Source of the DNA: Narcine bancroftii
Lineage: Eukaryota
DNA length: 64,000 nucleotides
NCBI RefSeq assembly: GCF_036971445.1
Contig: NC_091481.1
Span: forward strand, 83,328,001-83,392,000
Direction of reading: 5' to 3'
Below are positions 1 through 12,108 of the stretch, in pieces (the first letter of the stretch is position 1; each line of letters starts with the position of its first letter). A program made the position numbers and the translations under genes. Under the pieces are notes generated by a model, which saw only the letters and a program-made list of their open reading frames with translations, did not search any database and was not told the origin of the DNA.

Positions 1-505
1 AGTCTCAAGCAACCGTAAAATACACTTATCTGACATCCACCATACGTGTCAGATACCAGGGGTTTTACTGTTCTTAGATAAAAAAGGCATAGAGGGACAC
101 AGACCAAAAGACTCCGACATGCATGAGGGAATAAGGGCATCAAGATCAGGAACTACCAGACTGGGAATGGCTTCTTCCCGCAGGCTATGAGATTGATGAA
201 TAGTATCCTGCAACTGAGTAAATCATCTTAAAATATTTATATACAGTATGTTCATTTTAAATTAGATCTTAGAGCAAATATGTGATTATTATGGGCTGCA
301 TTTTGTGTGTGTGGTTTACTGTCATCTGATGGTGTAAGCACAACCCGACAAGACAGCGTTCTCCAGTCCCCAGTGCAAAGCACACAACCAGATACACAAT
401 ATATACACAGGACAAGTATTCATAAATACAAATAAATAAATATTGTTCTGTAAATATGAGAGTCTCGGATCATTAGTGTGATCTGTTCCTTTGGTTGTTC
501 ATTGT

Positions 506-509
<4 letters not shown>

Positions 510-585
<76 letters not shown>
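510..585. repeat. (TG)n microsatellite
   Basis: Perfect TG run. It explains the spurious CVCVCV ORF at 495-680. Confidence 0.98.
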
Positions 586-586
<1 letters not shown>

Positions 587-2129
587 ACAAACAGTATTTC
601 GCCTGGTTGTATATGTACAGTTAAATGATGATAAACTTGAATTTGAGAAAAACAGAAGGTGTAAGATAAGGATGGGTTAGATTATCGTGGAGTTTGCTTA
701 CATAGGTCGGCACAACACCATGGGCCTGTACTCTGATGTTCTGTGTTCTAATCTCGGTGGATCAGTAGGAGAGACAAAGGAGCATTGGCGGTATGGGTTC
801 ATTGAATTTGGAATATTCATTGTCCACACCATTGGATCACCAGGTACGTAGTGCGAGGTGCTTTCGGGTTGCATTTGCCCTCACTGTGGCTGCGAAGAAG
901 GCCGAGGACTGCTCGGCCGATGTGGAATGGGAAAGGGGACTTGAAATGAAACCAAAGTCTTGAGGAGGCCATTGCAGCCGACCACAGGCCGCCTCATCTG
1001 TGCTTCGTCTCGCGTAAGGCCAGAGGTTAAGGGGAAAGATTTAAGGGGTTCCTGAGGGCGGTCCATATCAAGAATGAGCTGCCAGAGGAAGCTATAACAC
1101 CTCTGACATTTAAGACATTTGGACAGATATATGGCAATTACAACTAGCTCAGAATGACACCTTGGTCGGCAAGGATGGGATGGAGCCGACTACTCTATTT
1201 CGTGCTTCCAAAGTGGGGTTCCATTGACGCCACCCAGATCTGTACTGCACGTTTAACTTGTGGATCCACACGGATAATCTTTTAGTCCGCACAAGTGCTG
1301 GAGAAACTCAGCCGGTCACGCAGCCACTGTTCTCTCTCTGCGCACGTTTTACAACCAGCGCCCAAAGGAAATTAACGTGCACACCAAAGGTTAGTCACCC
1401 AAAATAATGTAGTCATTAACAATCATACTTATTGAAAATAATCTCTTAGCAAACTGTTTCTGTTTACTGGTTGGTTGGTTTTCCAACATCAGTCATTAAC
1501 ATCAAACCCATTGATGGGTGTAATTATTAATCTATTCTGACTTTGTATGACATAAAAATAAGAAATACTCGATGATGTTTTATTCACTGGAACAGCAAAC
1601 TGAACAAAGTAGTTCAAAGTATAGAATAAAATCTTAACTCAATACGTTACTTCATAGAATGTAATCGTATTTAGCGTATCTTATATTAAGACATGCCAAT
1701 ACAGTTTTATTAACCAAGAGAGTCAGATTCAGAATCAGGATTTATCGTCGTGAAACCCGGTGTTTTGTGGCAACGTCATCGTGCAAACGTTCATATTATA
1801 ACCATCCTACAACGTTACTATTGAAAACTTAAAAACAATAGTGCAGGAAAAGTAAAGCAGTGTCTGTGGTTCGTTGATTATTCAGGAATCTGAAGGTAGA
1901 GGGGAAATTACAGGTGGGAGGGTGGAAGAGAGTAAAAGCTGCTACCCTCTTTCACCCCCCCCCCCCCCCCCCCCCCACTGGACCCACCAATGAACTTTTC
2001 CCTGTTAGCCTGTCCTCCTCTTCCCCACCCATCTCTCCCATCTTATCAGGCATACTGTTTGCTCATCCCTTGATAAAGAGCTCAGGCCCAAAACGTTGGT
2101 TACCCTTCACTTTCTATAGATGCTGTGTG

Positions 2130-2980
2130 GCCTGCAAGAGGCGGAAAATCTTGTGATACGATGCGGGAGTTACAATGAGTTTCAACGGGGACAAGACAAA
2201 GGAGACGATCGTGGACTTCAGGGGGACCAGGAACGACCACCCTCCACTACACATCAACAACTCTGTAGTAGAGAGAGTGGAGAGACACTAAGTTCCTTGG
2301 AGTTCACTTAACTAGTGACGTATCCTGGACATTCAACATCTCCTCACTTGTCAGGAAAGGGCAACAGCGACTGCACTTCCTGAGAAGACTGAAGGGGGCA
2401 AGGCTACCAGCCGCCACCATGTCAACCATCTACAGGAGCTCTATTCAGAGCGTCCTGGCCGGCTGCATCACAGTGTGGGTATAGTTGCTGCAGAGAAATG
2501 GATCGGCGGTCAATCCACAGGACCCCAAGAGTGGCTGAGAGGACCATTGGGGTCTCCATTCCTCCCTCCCCCCCCCCAACACCCCCATCAACATGATTAC
2601 CAGAATCATTATCTGAAGACGATGCGAAAAATCATTGAGGACCCCTTCCTCCCCGCACACGGCATCTTTCAGCTGCTCCTGTTGGGAAGAGATACAGGAG
2701 GATCAGAGCCAGCACCGCCAGGCTGAGGAACAGGTTCTTCCCACGGTCCGTGAGAACGCTGAACGGCCAAAGGAGCTGCTCACACTCACCCTCTGAGAAT
2801 CTCATTTGTACAAACAATATTTATTGTTTTATAGATATAATACTTCTCCTGCATATGTATTGTTTGTCTAGATGTGTGTTCTGTCCCGTTGTGTGTCTGT
2901 GAGTTTTGCACGGAGGACCGGAGATCGCTGTTTCGTCGGGTTGTACTTGTGCAATCAGATGATAATAGACTTGACTTGAC
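2130..2980 (+). mobile_element. Rex1/Babar-type LINE 3' fragment (degraded RT C-terminus and tail)
   Basis: Frame-broken RT motifs (KTKETIVDFR, KFLGVHL, QQRLHFLRRL). Ends in a short ACTTG-type tandem tail. Confidence 0.8.
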
Positions 2981-3054
2981 ATTCTGAGAGTGTTGGGTCC
3001 GAGTGTGTCAGGTCTATCTCATGCCGTTGACTCTCTCGCTTGTTTGTTCTTCAG

Positions 3055-3416
3055 CTTGAACGGATGGACAGCAAGGCCCCCTTTACCGTTCAGCAGCCAC
3101 AACCCGCCACACCCATGCTGAGCCGCAGAGTGCTGTTGGAATCCAGGGCATCTCCGGTGAAGCATTCGGTGGCGGTGGTGGAGACCCGGCCCGTGAAGCA
3201 GCTGGCCAAGTACGAAATGGTCGGCGACGCCGAGGAGGGGAAAGCGGCCGACAGGGCAGTCAGGCAGGAGCCAGCCTCAGCGACATACCAGCAGGCGGAG
3301 GGCAAGCGGGAAACGATGCAGCCTGTGTCGGAGCAGATGGACGTGAGGCAGGAGCGGCGGGACGAGTGGAAGGAGTCGCCCAGTGAACCTCGGGGGTGGG
3401 AGCCAGAAACTGCCAG
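3055..3416 (+). CDS. SPTBN4: Beta-IV spectrin, internal coding exon (low-complexity region before the PH domain)
   Basis: Pyrimidine tract + CAG acceptor (3054) and AG|GTGAGG donor. Open frame LERMDSKAPF...EPETA(R) ends in phase 2, matching the next exon. Confidence 0.85.
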
Positions 3417-3489
3417 GTGAGGAATATTCCTGTGGTGATGTTTAATGCTCAAAGGTTCAGTGTATGGACAATTTGCAACATAATAAATG

Positions 3490-3700
3490 TAAAGGTTCCA
3501 TTATTGACACTAATACTACATTTAGAATGTAACATACATGAAATTCTTTAACTTCTGTCTATCGTCAGGCAGACAGAGAGACCCCACTTTTGTCCAGCAT
3601 CTGGTGTTCGCAGGCAGTCTCCCCTCCAAGTGCAGGCCTGAGCCTGCTTAGCTTCCAAGATCAGACAATCTCAGGCTTATTCAAGCTACTCGGTGCTGTT
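3490..3700 (-). mobile_element. 5S rRNA-derived SINE (SINE3-like): 5S head plus LINE-like tail
   Basis: Reverse strand of ~3595-3700 reads ...TGTCTGATCTTGGAAGCTAAGCAGGCTCAGGCCTG-CACTTGGAGGGGAGACTGCCTGCGAACACCAGATGCTG, a degenerate vertebrate 5S rRNA. It continues into ~100 bp of non-5S body and tail. Confidence 0.75.
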
Positions 3701-3807
3701 GGAAGCCAATTCTGGCCATTGAAACCCATGATGCCCAATTAACCTATGTAGAACATTTTAGCACAGTACAGGCCTCCAGCCCTTGATCAACATTCTCATG
3801 ATATGGT

Positions 3808-3986
3808 TGTAAGTACAGGATGGCCTGCCCTCCTGATAACATCCTATCTTGGACTCCTCCCATGTGACCCAGGCCATAAAGGCCCAGTCCCCTCTTCCTC
3901 TCCTCATTTTCCCTAGCCTGGACCTGGGCCAGGTATAATAAAGCCTATCGTTTTCCTCAGTCTTTGTCTCTGTGATTAATGTAACA
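3808..3986 (+). mobile_element. Possible short LTR remnant
   Basis: TGT...ACA termini, internal ATAAA and AATAAA, followed by ACTGGTAGC (PBS-like). No target-site duplication found. Confidence 0.4.
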
Positions 3987-4955
3987 ACTGGTAGCGCCCA
4001 ACAAATATATTCCTACCTAAAAAAAGTGCTAAACCCTTCCTACCTCGTAACCTTCTATTTTTCTTTCATCCATATGTCTGTCTAAATGCCCGTATTGTTT
4101 CAGCCTCCACCACCACCCTCGGCAAGGCATTCCAGCCACCCACAACTCACTGTGTGGATAAAAAAAAACCGTAGTCCTGATGTCCTCCCTAAACTTCCCT
4201 CCCTTCACTTTGTACAGATATCCTCTACTGCCTACTATTCATGCCCTGTTAGAGTAGCGGTTACCGCAACGCCTTTACAGCACCAGCGTTTGGAGTTTGA
4301 GACCCGCACCATCTGTAAGGGGTTTGTATTAACGGCGGCAGATTCAAACGTGCTGGATCACAGAGCGCTGGATAAGAGAGCTGCAACCTGTAATACAAAA
4401 AAAAAGTGATATACATGGGATACTTCAATTTGTATCTGCCACAAGGGGAAAAAAAGTTGCCTTGAGCATTGACCGGATCCCTTAATAAAAGAGAGATAGA
4501 AGCAAAAAAGAGTCTCTTTAGAGTCACCGTGGATTTGCCTCCGGCAGCCTCTACAGCTACACAGATTCCTGTTCGATCCAGCGGCCGCCCGAGTTCCAAG
4601 TCTAAACCTTGACGTGATCAGGAAGTCTTCATCCCCCAAGGCTCTCTTTGGGAGCCCAAAACCCCACAACCATTAAATTTTAATTTAGACATAGAGCACG
4701 GTTACAGGCCACTTCGGCCCACGAGCCCGTGCCTCCCAATTAAGCTTTGAATGGTGCCCCTGGGGAAAACCCACACAGACATGGGGAGAACATACAGACT
4801 CCTTGCAACCCCCGATCGCTGGTGCTGCACAGCGTGGTCCTAACCGCTACGCCAACCGTGCCGTCCCATCCCCCAGGTCCACAGCCATTTGTGCCCTGGT
4901 GATTCGTGCACTCATCCAGGCGCTGGTTAATTCCTCGCTTGTTGTGTGACCACAG

Positions 4956-5013
4956 GGACAGGAGAACAACACTTGCTGACATCGTGGAGCAGTTGCAGGA
5001 GAAAGAAGTTCAG
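4956..5013 (+). CDS. SPTBN4: Beta-IV spectrin coding exon (DRRTTLADIVEQLQEKEVQ)
   Basis: CACAG acceptor, CAG|GTGAGT donor, phase 2 to 0. TLADIVEQLQEKE is a motif I recognise from mammalian SPTBN4. Confidence 0.93.
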
Positions 5014-5829
5014 GTGAGTGAAGGCAAACAGGGGACGGGTTTATTTCCTGTTTACGCGTTGAACATCATGGAGTTATCTGAGTAAACTTTGATCCGTCTT
5101 TTTTCTTGTGTCTTTCTTGCATCTGCTCCATCGGGCTTTGCCAGAGATGTTGCGTACAAGATCAAGAATCCCAACCAATAAACATATGAGTTTAGAGCAG
5201 GGGAAGGCACAACCTCCCTTTCTTCAATGAGATCATGGCTGAACTGAGGGTATCACACCACATTAATATTGACCCTATTACCTTCCACCCACTGGCTCAT
5301 CAAGAATAGATTGACGTTTGCCTGCCAAGATAAATCAGGATCAAACAAGTCTCCAACCAAAATCTGTTGCCCCCCCCTCCCCCACCTTCCCAGAAGGCAT
5401 CCTGGACATTCCATGTTCTGATCTTCCGTGAACACCTTGCAATACATGAACCTCCTTCCTTAACTAAGGAGACCAAAATGATGCACAATTCTTCAGATGC
5501 GGTCTCAAACTTGCCCTATATCATTGAAGATCGACCTACATGCCTTTCCATCCACTCAATCTTGCTTTTTTTTAAAAAAATTTACTCCACTGTACCTGCC
5601 TACTAGTCTTTTGCAAACCTTGCTCAGGCACATCCCCACACATAGATAGGGTACATGGGAGGGGAGTCTAAAACTAGAGGGAAAATGGTTAGAGTGATTG
5701 GAGAAATTTGAAGATGGGGGGGTGGTTTGTTCTCACAAAGGGTGATAAGGAGATGGTTGAAATTCTGCCTTGGCCCACAGGGAAAAAGAGAATCTCGGGA
5801 GTAAAACAGACACCGTGGTTGACATAAAA

Positions 5830-5926
5830 ACACATCACTGTAGAAACTCAGCAGGTCAGCATCCTTCATGTAGCAAAGATAAAGATGCATAACCAACATT
5901 TCGGGCTTGAGGCCTTCATCAGGGTT
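5830..5926 (-). mobile_element. Penelope-derived terminal fragment with minimal hammerhead core
   Basis: Minus strand AACC-CTGATGA-AGGC-CTCAA-GCCC-GAAA-TGTT-GGTT, followed by the ...GACCTGCTGAGTTTCT tail also seen next to Penelope RT remnants in this window. Confidence 0.7.
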
Positions 5927-7345
5927 TTTTTTTTAAAGAATCTCAGGGTTGTAGGAGTTGAAAGGAGCAGAGGACTATGGCCTAATGAAGGCAAATGAGA
6001 TTCATGTAGATGGGCATCATGATTAGTATAGACAAGATGGGCTGAAGGATCCACTTCTGTGCTATATTATGGCTTGCTCCAAGTTTAATGCTTCTTTAAG
6101 TTATTTGGGTCAACAGCAAATGGTGGTTTTGCCCTTGGAAATGTTCCATTTCTTTAGGAAGCCAACTGCATATTCCAAAAGTATACATGGTTAGCGCAAT
6201 GCTGCGACAGTGACCTGCGTTCGAATCTGGTGCTGTCTGTAAGGAGTTTGTACCTTCTCCCCGGGTCTGTGTGGTTTCCTCCCAACAAAGTGTACAGAGG
6301 TTATGGGTTAATCAGGTGGCACGGGCTCGTGGGCCAGAAGGGCCTTTTACCATCCAAATTTAACTTCCTTCAACCTTGTGCACCATCTATCGACGAACCG
6401 ATCCCTTAAACCTGAATTGCTCGTTCACTTTAGTTTGTGTCGTGTTTAAGTCAGAACGAGACCCGTTCTCATCTCCTTCAAACTGAATGTAACAATTCAA
6501 TCAAATTATGCCCACTGCTACTTTGGGGATCGTAATTAACTAATTCCATTTTGTTGCCAGGATACAGTTCTCACTCAGTATTCTCTCGAGTGGGCTGTGG
6601 AGCACACTTTTGCAAGAGACTCTCCACAAAATATTGAGCCTAATCAACCTTCCTTGGTCGTCCATTGGATACAAACTTGCTGACAGAAGTTGATAAATCT
6701 GTGCCTCTGAATGCTGATTTGTACGGTTTTTTTCCCAACCTAGAATTTTCCATTAGTTTGCCCAGTGCCACTCGTCAATGTCTCCAGTTTTTTTTAAAAA
6801 AAAACACTGGTGCATCTGCAATCTTTGTGCCCTCCGCCATTGTCTGCAAAAACCTCGGGTCATCAGAAATCGGGCTATTTCTTCTCACCCCCGGTCGACT
6901 TTTCCCAGCCTGGCTGTTTATCCATTCTTGTCTGCGTTGTCCCCGTTCTAACCTCTCCCTACTCCCAATATTTCATATTCTCCCTCTTCAACGCCATCTC
7001 TTCTTCCAAGAAAATACCAGCCCCTGGTGCTCATTCAGACCTTTAACACCACAAATGCAATATGTTTGACCTCTAACAGGACTTATCCTTTCCTCTGATG
7101 GATTTATAAAAATTCCCGTGAAACATGAGAGTCTGTAGATGCTGTGATTGTAATAAAAACACTGATACAGGAAGCAAAATCTTCATCATGTTGTTGGTCT
7201 TTCAATTGCCCCCATCCCTCAGAGGTTTTCCCAATATTAGACCCACAGGCCTGGCACATCCAAGCTTCCCTTCTTAAGGTACCCTATTGTCTGCCCGATC
7301 AGTTGTGGCTAGAATTCAGTCTTTGTCTCTCCCCCTCCACCACAG

Positions 7346-7620
7346 GAACGCGACGCCTTTCTCTCTGTTGGGCTGCCAAATGGGATCGAGAGACTCCCGC
7401 GACCGGATAGACCACGGGCCAGAGACAGACCAAAGCCCAGGAGGAGACCGAGACCGAAGGATCCAAATCAGCCCAGTGCTGAATCTCGCCGATCCAGATC
7501 TGCGCCGTCGCCCCAGAGCAGTATTGCGGCCCCCCCGCCGGTCACACATACAGCGGAGCAGGAGGGGCTCCTTGCCCGCAAGCATGAATTTGAAGCACCC
7601 AGCAAAAAGTCATCCAGCAG
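7346..7620 (+). CDS. SPTBN4: Beta-IV spectrin coding exon (Arg/Pro-rich segment and start of PH domain)
   Basis: CACAG acceptor and AG|GTAAGG donor. Encodes LPNGIERLPRPDRPRARDRPKPRRRPRP...THTAEQEGLLARKHE, matching SPTBN4. This frame is missing from the ORF track. Confidence 0.95.
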
Positions 7621-9201
7621 GTAAGGTCAACGACATCACGTGAACCTCGGATCACGGCGGCGTCCCGCTGCTGGGAGATGCCCAATGATGTCGCAGCACT
7701 TGGAGATCCCAGCGGCATCCCTGAGAGAGAGTAGATTTTAGAATGTAATAAAAATGTAAGTTTCAAAATGGAGACTGGAAGGGGTGGGGGGGGGGAGAGA
7801 AGGGGCTGTGTTCCTTTCTTGTTATCAGCTTGAGAGGAAGACTGGAAGGAATTTTCATGAATATGTACTTACTTGCATCCTCCAGAAATTTAGAGATTAC
7901 AAGTAAGGAGTCGCTTAAGGTGGGATGTGGGTGGAAAGAATCATCCCTCGTGGACTCATTCTGTGCACCGTTTCAGTACTCCAAAGGAAATGGGACAATG
8001 ACCATTTTTCTCAAGCCAAATATTTCAGTAACAATTGGGTCGAGAGCAACGGTTCTCAACCTTCCCTTCCCACCCACATCCCCACCTTGAGCTATCCCTT
8101 ACTAATCACAGAGCACTGATGGCACAAGGTGGGATGTGGGTGGAAAGGTTTGAAAACCACTGCGCTACATCAGGTGAAATGTTAACGGAGACAAGCTCTA
8201 CGACCATGTACTTCAAAGGGAGTTCTGTGAGAGCCTCTTTCACTTCTTCCCATATCTCCACGGCTGCTCTCAAGCTCCTCGACCGTGTACTCACCCAGAC
8301 TCGCTTCCACAGCCACGGGTCAGGTTCTCCTCTCTTCTTGTGATCCAACTGACAGTGTTCTGACATTTTAATATCTGGGCAAGTCACTGTTTGTGTCTGT
8401 GGCCTGGGCTCTCTCCCTGGTTGACCCGGCCTCTGCCATTGAAGCTTCTGGTTCTCCATCCCAATGGCTTCTGATCGCCGGGGGTCCTGCTGTTTATGCT
8501 TCTCAGACTAATCTCCCGTGCACATCCTGTCATGCTGATTCCTCGACCACCCAGCCATAAACGTAGAGACCATTGTAACACAAGGAGCAGAAATAGGCTA
8601 TTCAGCCCATCAAATCTTGCCCCACCATTCAATCATGAGCTGACCCATTCCCCCACTGCCCGGCCTTCTCCTCATAATTTTTGATGCCCTGGCTAATCAA
8701 GAACCTATCCATCTCTGCCTTCAATGCACCCAACAACCTGGCCTCCACAACAGCCTGTGGCAACAAATGCCACAAATTTACCGCCCTCTGGCTGAAGAAA
8801 TTCCTCCACATTTCTATTCTAAGTAGATGTCCATTTGAAGGACAGGTATACGAATAGAAAAGGTTTTGTTCAGTGGTTCGTAACCTTGTTTCCCTTCTCC
8901 CGTCCCCGTTCACACACCACCTTAAGTAATCCCTTACTACCCACAGAGTACCTGTGTCATCCTATGCCATTGGTGCTCTGTGGGTAGTAAGGGATTACTC
9001 AAGGTGGTGTGCGAGAGGTTGAGAATCACTGGTTCAGAGGGATATGGGCAAAGGAGAGGTGCTTGGTCAAAGTGACTGTTCCATGCTGTAGAATAGTCAC
9101 TTTGGACAGCTGATTTTTCTTTTGTCCAATACCTCCTGGCTGTTGCATCTCAGTGCACTTTTCTCGGAGCAGTCTAACCATTTCCTGTTGTCGCTGTTCA
9201 G

Positions 9202-9375
9202 GTCCTGGGCCAACGTCTACTGCGTCCTAAGTAAAGGAGATCTGGGCTTTTATAAAGATGCGAAGAGTCACAAAGCAGGAGCGACGTACAACGGGGAATC
9301 CCTCATCTCGCTCAGTGAGGCCACATGTGAAATCGCAAGCAATTACAAGAAAAAGAAGTTTGTATTTAAAATCCG
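9202..9375 (+). CDS. SPTBN4: Beta-IV spectrin PH-domain exon
   Basis: SWANVYCVLSKGDLGFYKD...ATCEIASNYKKKKFVFKI. Canonical splice sites, phase 2 to 2. Confidence 0.96.
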
Positions 9376-9549
9376 GTGAGTGAACAAGAAAGCCAGGATG
9401 AGCTTGGTGGTCCTTCAGAAATAAGGTCCATGTTCATGACCAGTTCTAAAGCTAGTGGAGTGTGTTTTTAAAAAAATGTCATCATTCAACATCTCTCTCC
9501 AGGACTTCAAGTAAATTCCAGGGTTATTCCCTCAATTTACAGGGAGCCT

Positions 9550-10050
9550 CGGATTGGCGTGGATTGTCACCTGTCATGGTGGAGAAGTTTGTATGGTCCT
9601 GAGAGCTTAGCTCCCTTGTAGGGTCACCCATAGCAGTAAGGTCGAGGGTGAGGTCCCTGACAAAGAACATTCCAACCAAGACCTCAACGGTGGAACAGGT
9701 GGATGAAGTTACTTTAAACTCAAGGGCTGTGAAGGCTGCAACAAAGCCATCAGCTCCAATGGTTCCAAGCCATTAGAACTAGTTGGTTGATCTGTGGGCC
9801 ACTTTCCAAGATTAGGCTCACAAGCCATCTGAGAGTCCAAAGATAGATCAGTGGAACGAAGACCATTATCCTTGAGAGATAGGCACGACGAGCCTCCGTT
9901 TGGAAGTGCACAGGGCTACGGATGGGCGTATCGGCCACTGGGAGGCCCTCACTATTGCAGTGGTCGGAGCAAAGAGCAACGATCTTCCAGTCCCTCCAAT
10001 GTAGGGGAGGGCACCACAGGTGACCCCTGCGGATTCACAAGTGTTGCTTC
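9550..10050 (+). mobile_element. RTE-clade LINE 5' region (internally deleted)
   Basis: CACCTGTCATGGTGGAG...AGGGTCACCCATAGCAGTAAGGTC...CTGACAAAGAAC resembles RTE/BovB-type 5' UTRs. Confidence 0.55.
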
Positions 10051-10329
10051 ACTTGGAAGTACTGTTGAGGCCCCCCAAAGTGGGAGTGAGGGAACTTCAG
10101 TAAATTGTAGCCGTTTCCATCCTCCTAGTTCCCTGATCTTTCCATTTGAACATGCAAAATTTTTAGAATCTAAGTATTGACATTTGTAGCTACTGTAAAA
10201 TTGTAACACCATGATAATTTCTTTCATGAAGAAGAATGTTTTCAGTAATTAAGTTGATTTGTAGAACTGCAAATTGCTTTGTTCCCCATTTTGTGTGATC
10301 GATTAAGACTCTTCTTTTCATTGTGACAG

Positions 10330-10372
10330 GACAATGGATGGCAATGAATATCTATTCCAAGCAAAGGATGAG
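10330..10372 (+). CDS. SPTBN4: Beta-IV spectrin PH-domain exon (TMDGNEYLFQAKDE)
   Basis: ACAG acceptor, GAG|GTAGGC donor, phase 2 to 0. Typical beta-spectrin PH motif. Confidence 0.95.
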
Positions 10373-11943
10373 GTAGGCGACACATTGCAAAAGTTGGGAC
10401 AGAGATTGTGGCTGCAATATATTAGGAGGGGGTGGGAGAGAGTTTGAGCAGGGAGGTTGTCCCAAGGACAATTAGTGGGGTCTGTAGGGTAATCCAAATC
10501 ACCAGTGCTGGAGATGTACAGTCCACAAAGTGAATTGGTGCCAGGAAAATTGGACGTGGCTACTGTGGTGATGGAAAAGGATCAAAAACAAGGCCGGAGA
10601 AGCTCAGGACGCCCAATAATGTACTTCATGTAGCAAAGATGACCAGCGTTTCAGGCTGGAGCCCTTCATCAAGGTAGGATATTAGCAGGCAACTCAGCTC
10701 CACTGTTCGACGGAATGTAGATCATGGAGTTGGTGCTCATTTCCACCCCAGATCTCCGTACTCATGAGTATGCCTAGTGTGAAATAAATACTCTGCAGCT
10801 CAGCACTGCTGAGAATAGACTCAACCCCTTTAAGGGTTTGTCCAAGGGCATCCATAAAGCACCAAAGCAGAAATAGGCTATTCAACCCATTGAGTCTGTC
10901 CCACTATTCAATCCCATTGCCTGGCCTTCTCCCCATAACCTTTGGTGCCCTGACTAACCAAGAACCTGTCAATCTGTTCTTAAATACACCCAATGACCTG
11001 GCCTCCACAACTATCTGTGATAGCAAACTCTAAATTCAGTACCTTTTGGCAAAAGAATTTCCTCTGCATTGAGTAGACTCTCCTCAATCCTGAAATTGTG
11101 CCTTGAGTCTCCCACCATGGGAAACCACCTTTCTACTTCATCCATGCCTTTTAACATTCAAAATATTTCAACGAGATCCTCCCTGCCCCACCTTTACTCT
11201 AAATTCCAGCAAGTTCAGGACAAGATCAGTCAAACATTCTATCATTTTCATTCCCAGAAGCAGCCTTTTGAACCTTCTCTAATACCAGAGCATCCTTTCT
11301 TGAATAAGGTTCCGGCAAAACAAGTCATCTCCCCTGTTCTTGTTCGGCCACAGCTGTGAATAAATGGTGAAAGGAGATCTGGAAAAGTTGGGTTTGAGAA
11401 GGGAAAATTCCCCCTGCTCTTCACCACACGACTGAATAAGAGGATGCCCACCTCTACCATTGACGCCCCACAACCTGCTGAGTCCTTCCAGCTTTGTTCA
11501 TTCATGGTTCCATTGTCTGCAGTGCTTGTGTTTTTTATTAAATAGTTACATTTTAGATTCCAGCCCATGTTGCCCAAATACACCCAATTAACCTACAACC
11601 CCACCCCAAACCAGAGCCCCCAGAGAACATCCTCGCAGACTCATGGAGAACATACAAACTCCTTACAGATACCGTCGGATTCTAACCCAGGTCATTGGTC
11701 CTGTAATATAGCATTGCACTGACCAAGCCACACATGATCACTGAAAAGGTGTAGAACAGGAACAAGTTTTTAAAAAAAAAATAGGAACTAACTTTAGCTG
11801 TCTTCCATCAATTCTGGGGACTTTGGGCAAACAATTTAGAGTACGGTAGTGTATTAAATACATGTGGAGCAGCTGATGCCTCTCGTACGAGTCTTTCCAG
11901 TAATTGCAAGTTATTTCCCTCTAAAAATGAGATCTGTTTGTAG

Positions 11944-12108
11944 GACGAGATGAATGACTGGATTCGGGCAGTTTCCACGGCCATTACTGAACATGCGGAA
12001 ATAGCTCAGCAAAACGGCCACATCCCCCCTACTACCTCCTCCACTGATGAAGCAACTACTAAACGGGAAAGCGATCGAAGATTCAGTCTCTTTGGAAAGA
12101 AGAAATGA
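11944..12108 (+). CDS. SPTBN4: Beta-IV spectrin terminal coding exon (DEMNDWIRAVSTAITEHAEIA...TTSSTDE...DRRFSLFGKKK*)
   Basis: TAG acceptor, PH C-terminal helix, SPTBN4-type EHAEIA and TTSSTDE motifs, TGA at 12106-12108. Confidence 0.95.
   Translation, partial: DEMNDWIRAVSTAITEHAEIAQQNGHIPPTTSSTDEATTKRESDRRFSLFGKKK

Noticed and set aside
3595-3700. Functional 5S rRNA gene
   Set aside because: Many substitutions, a deletion in the internal promoter region, no terminator and no tandem array.
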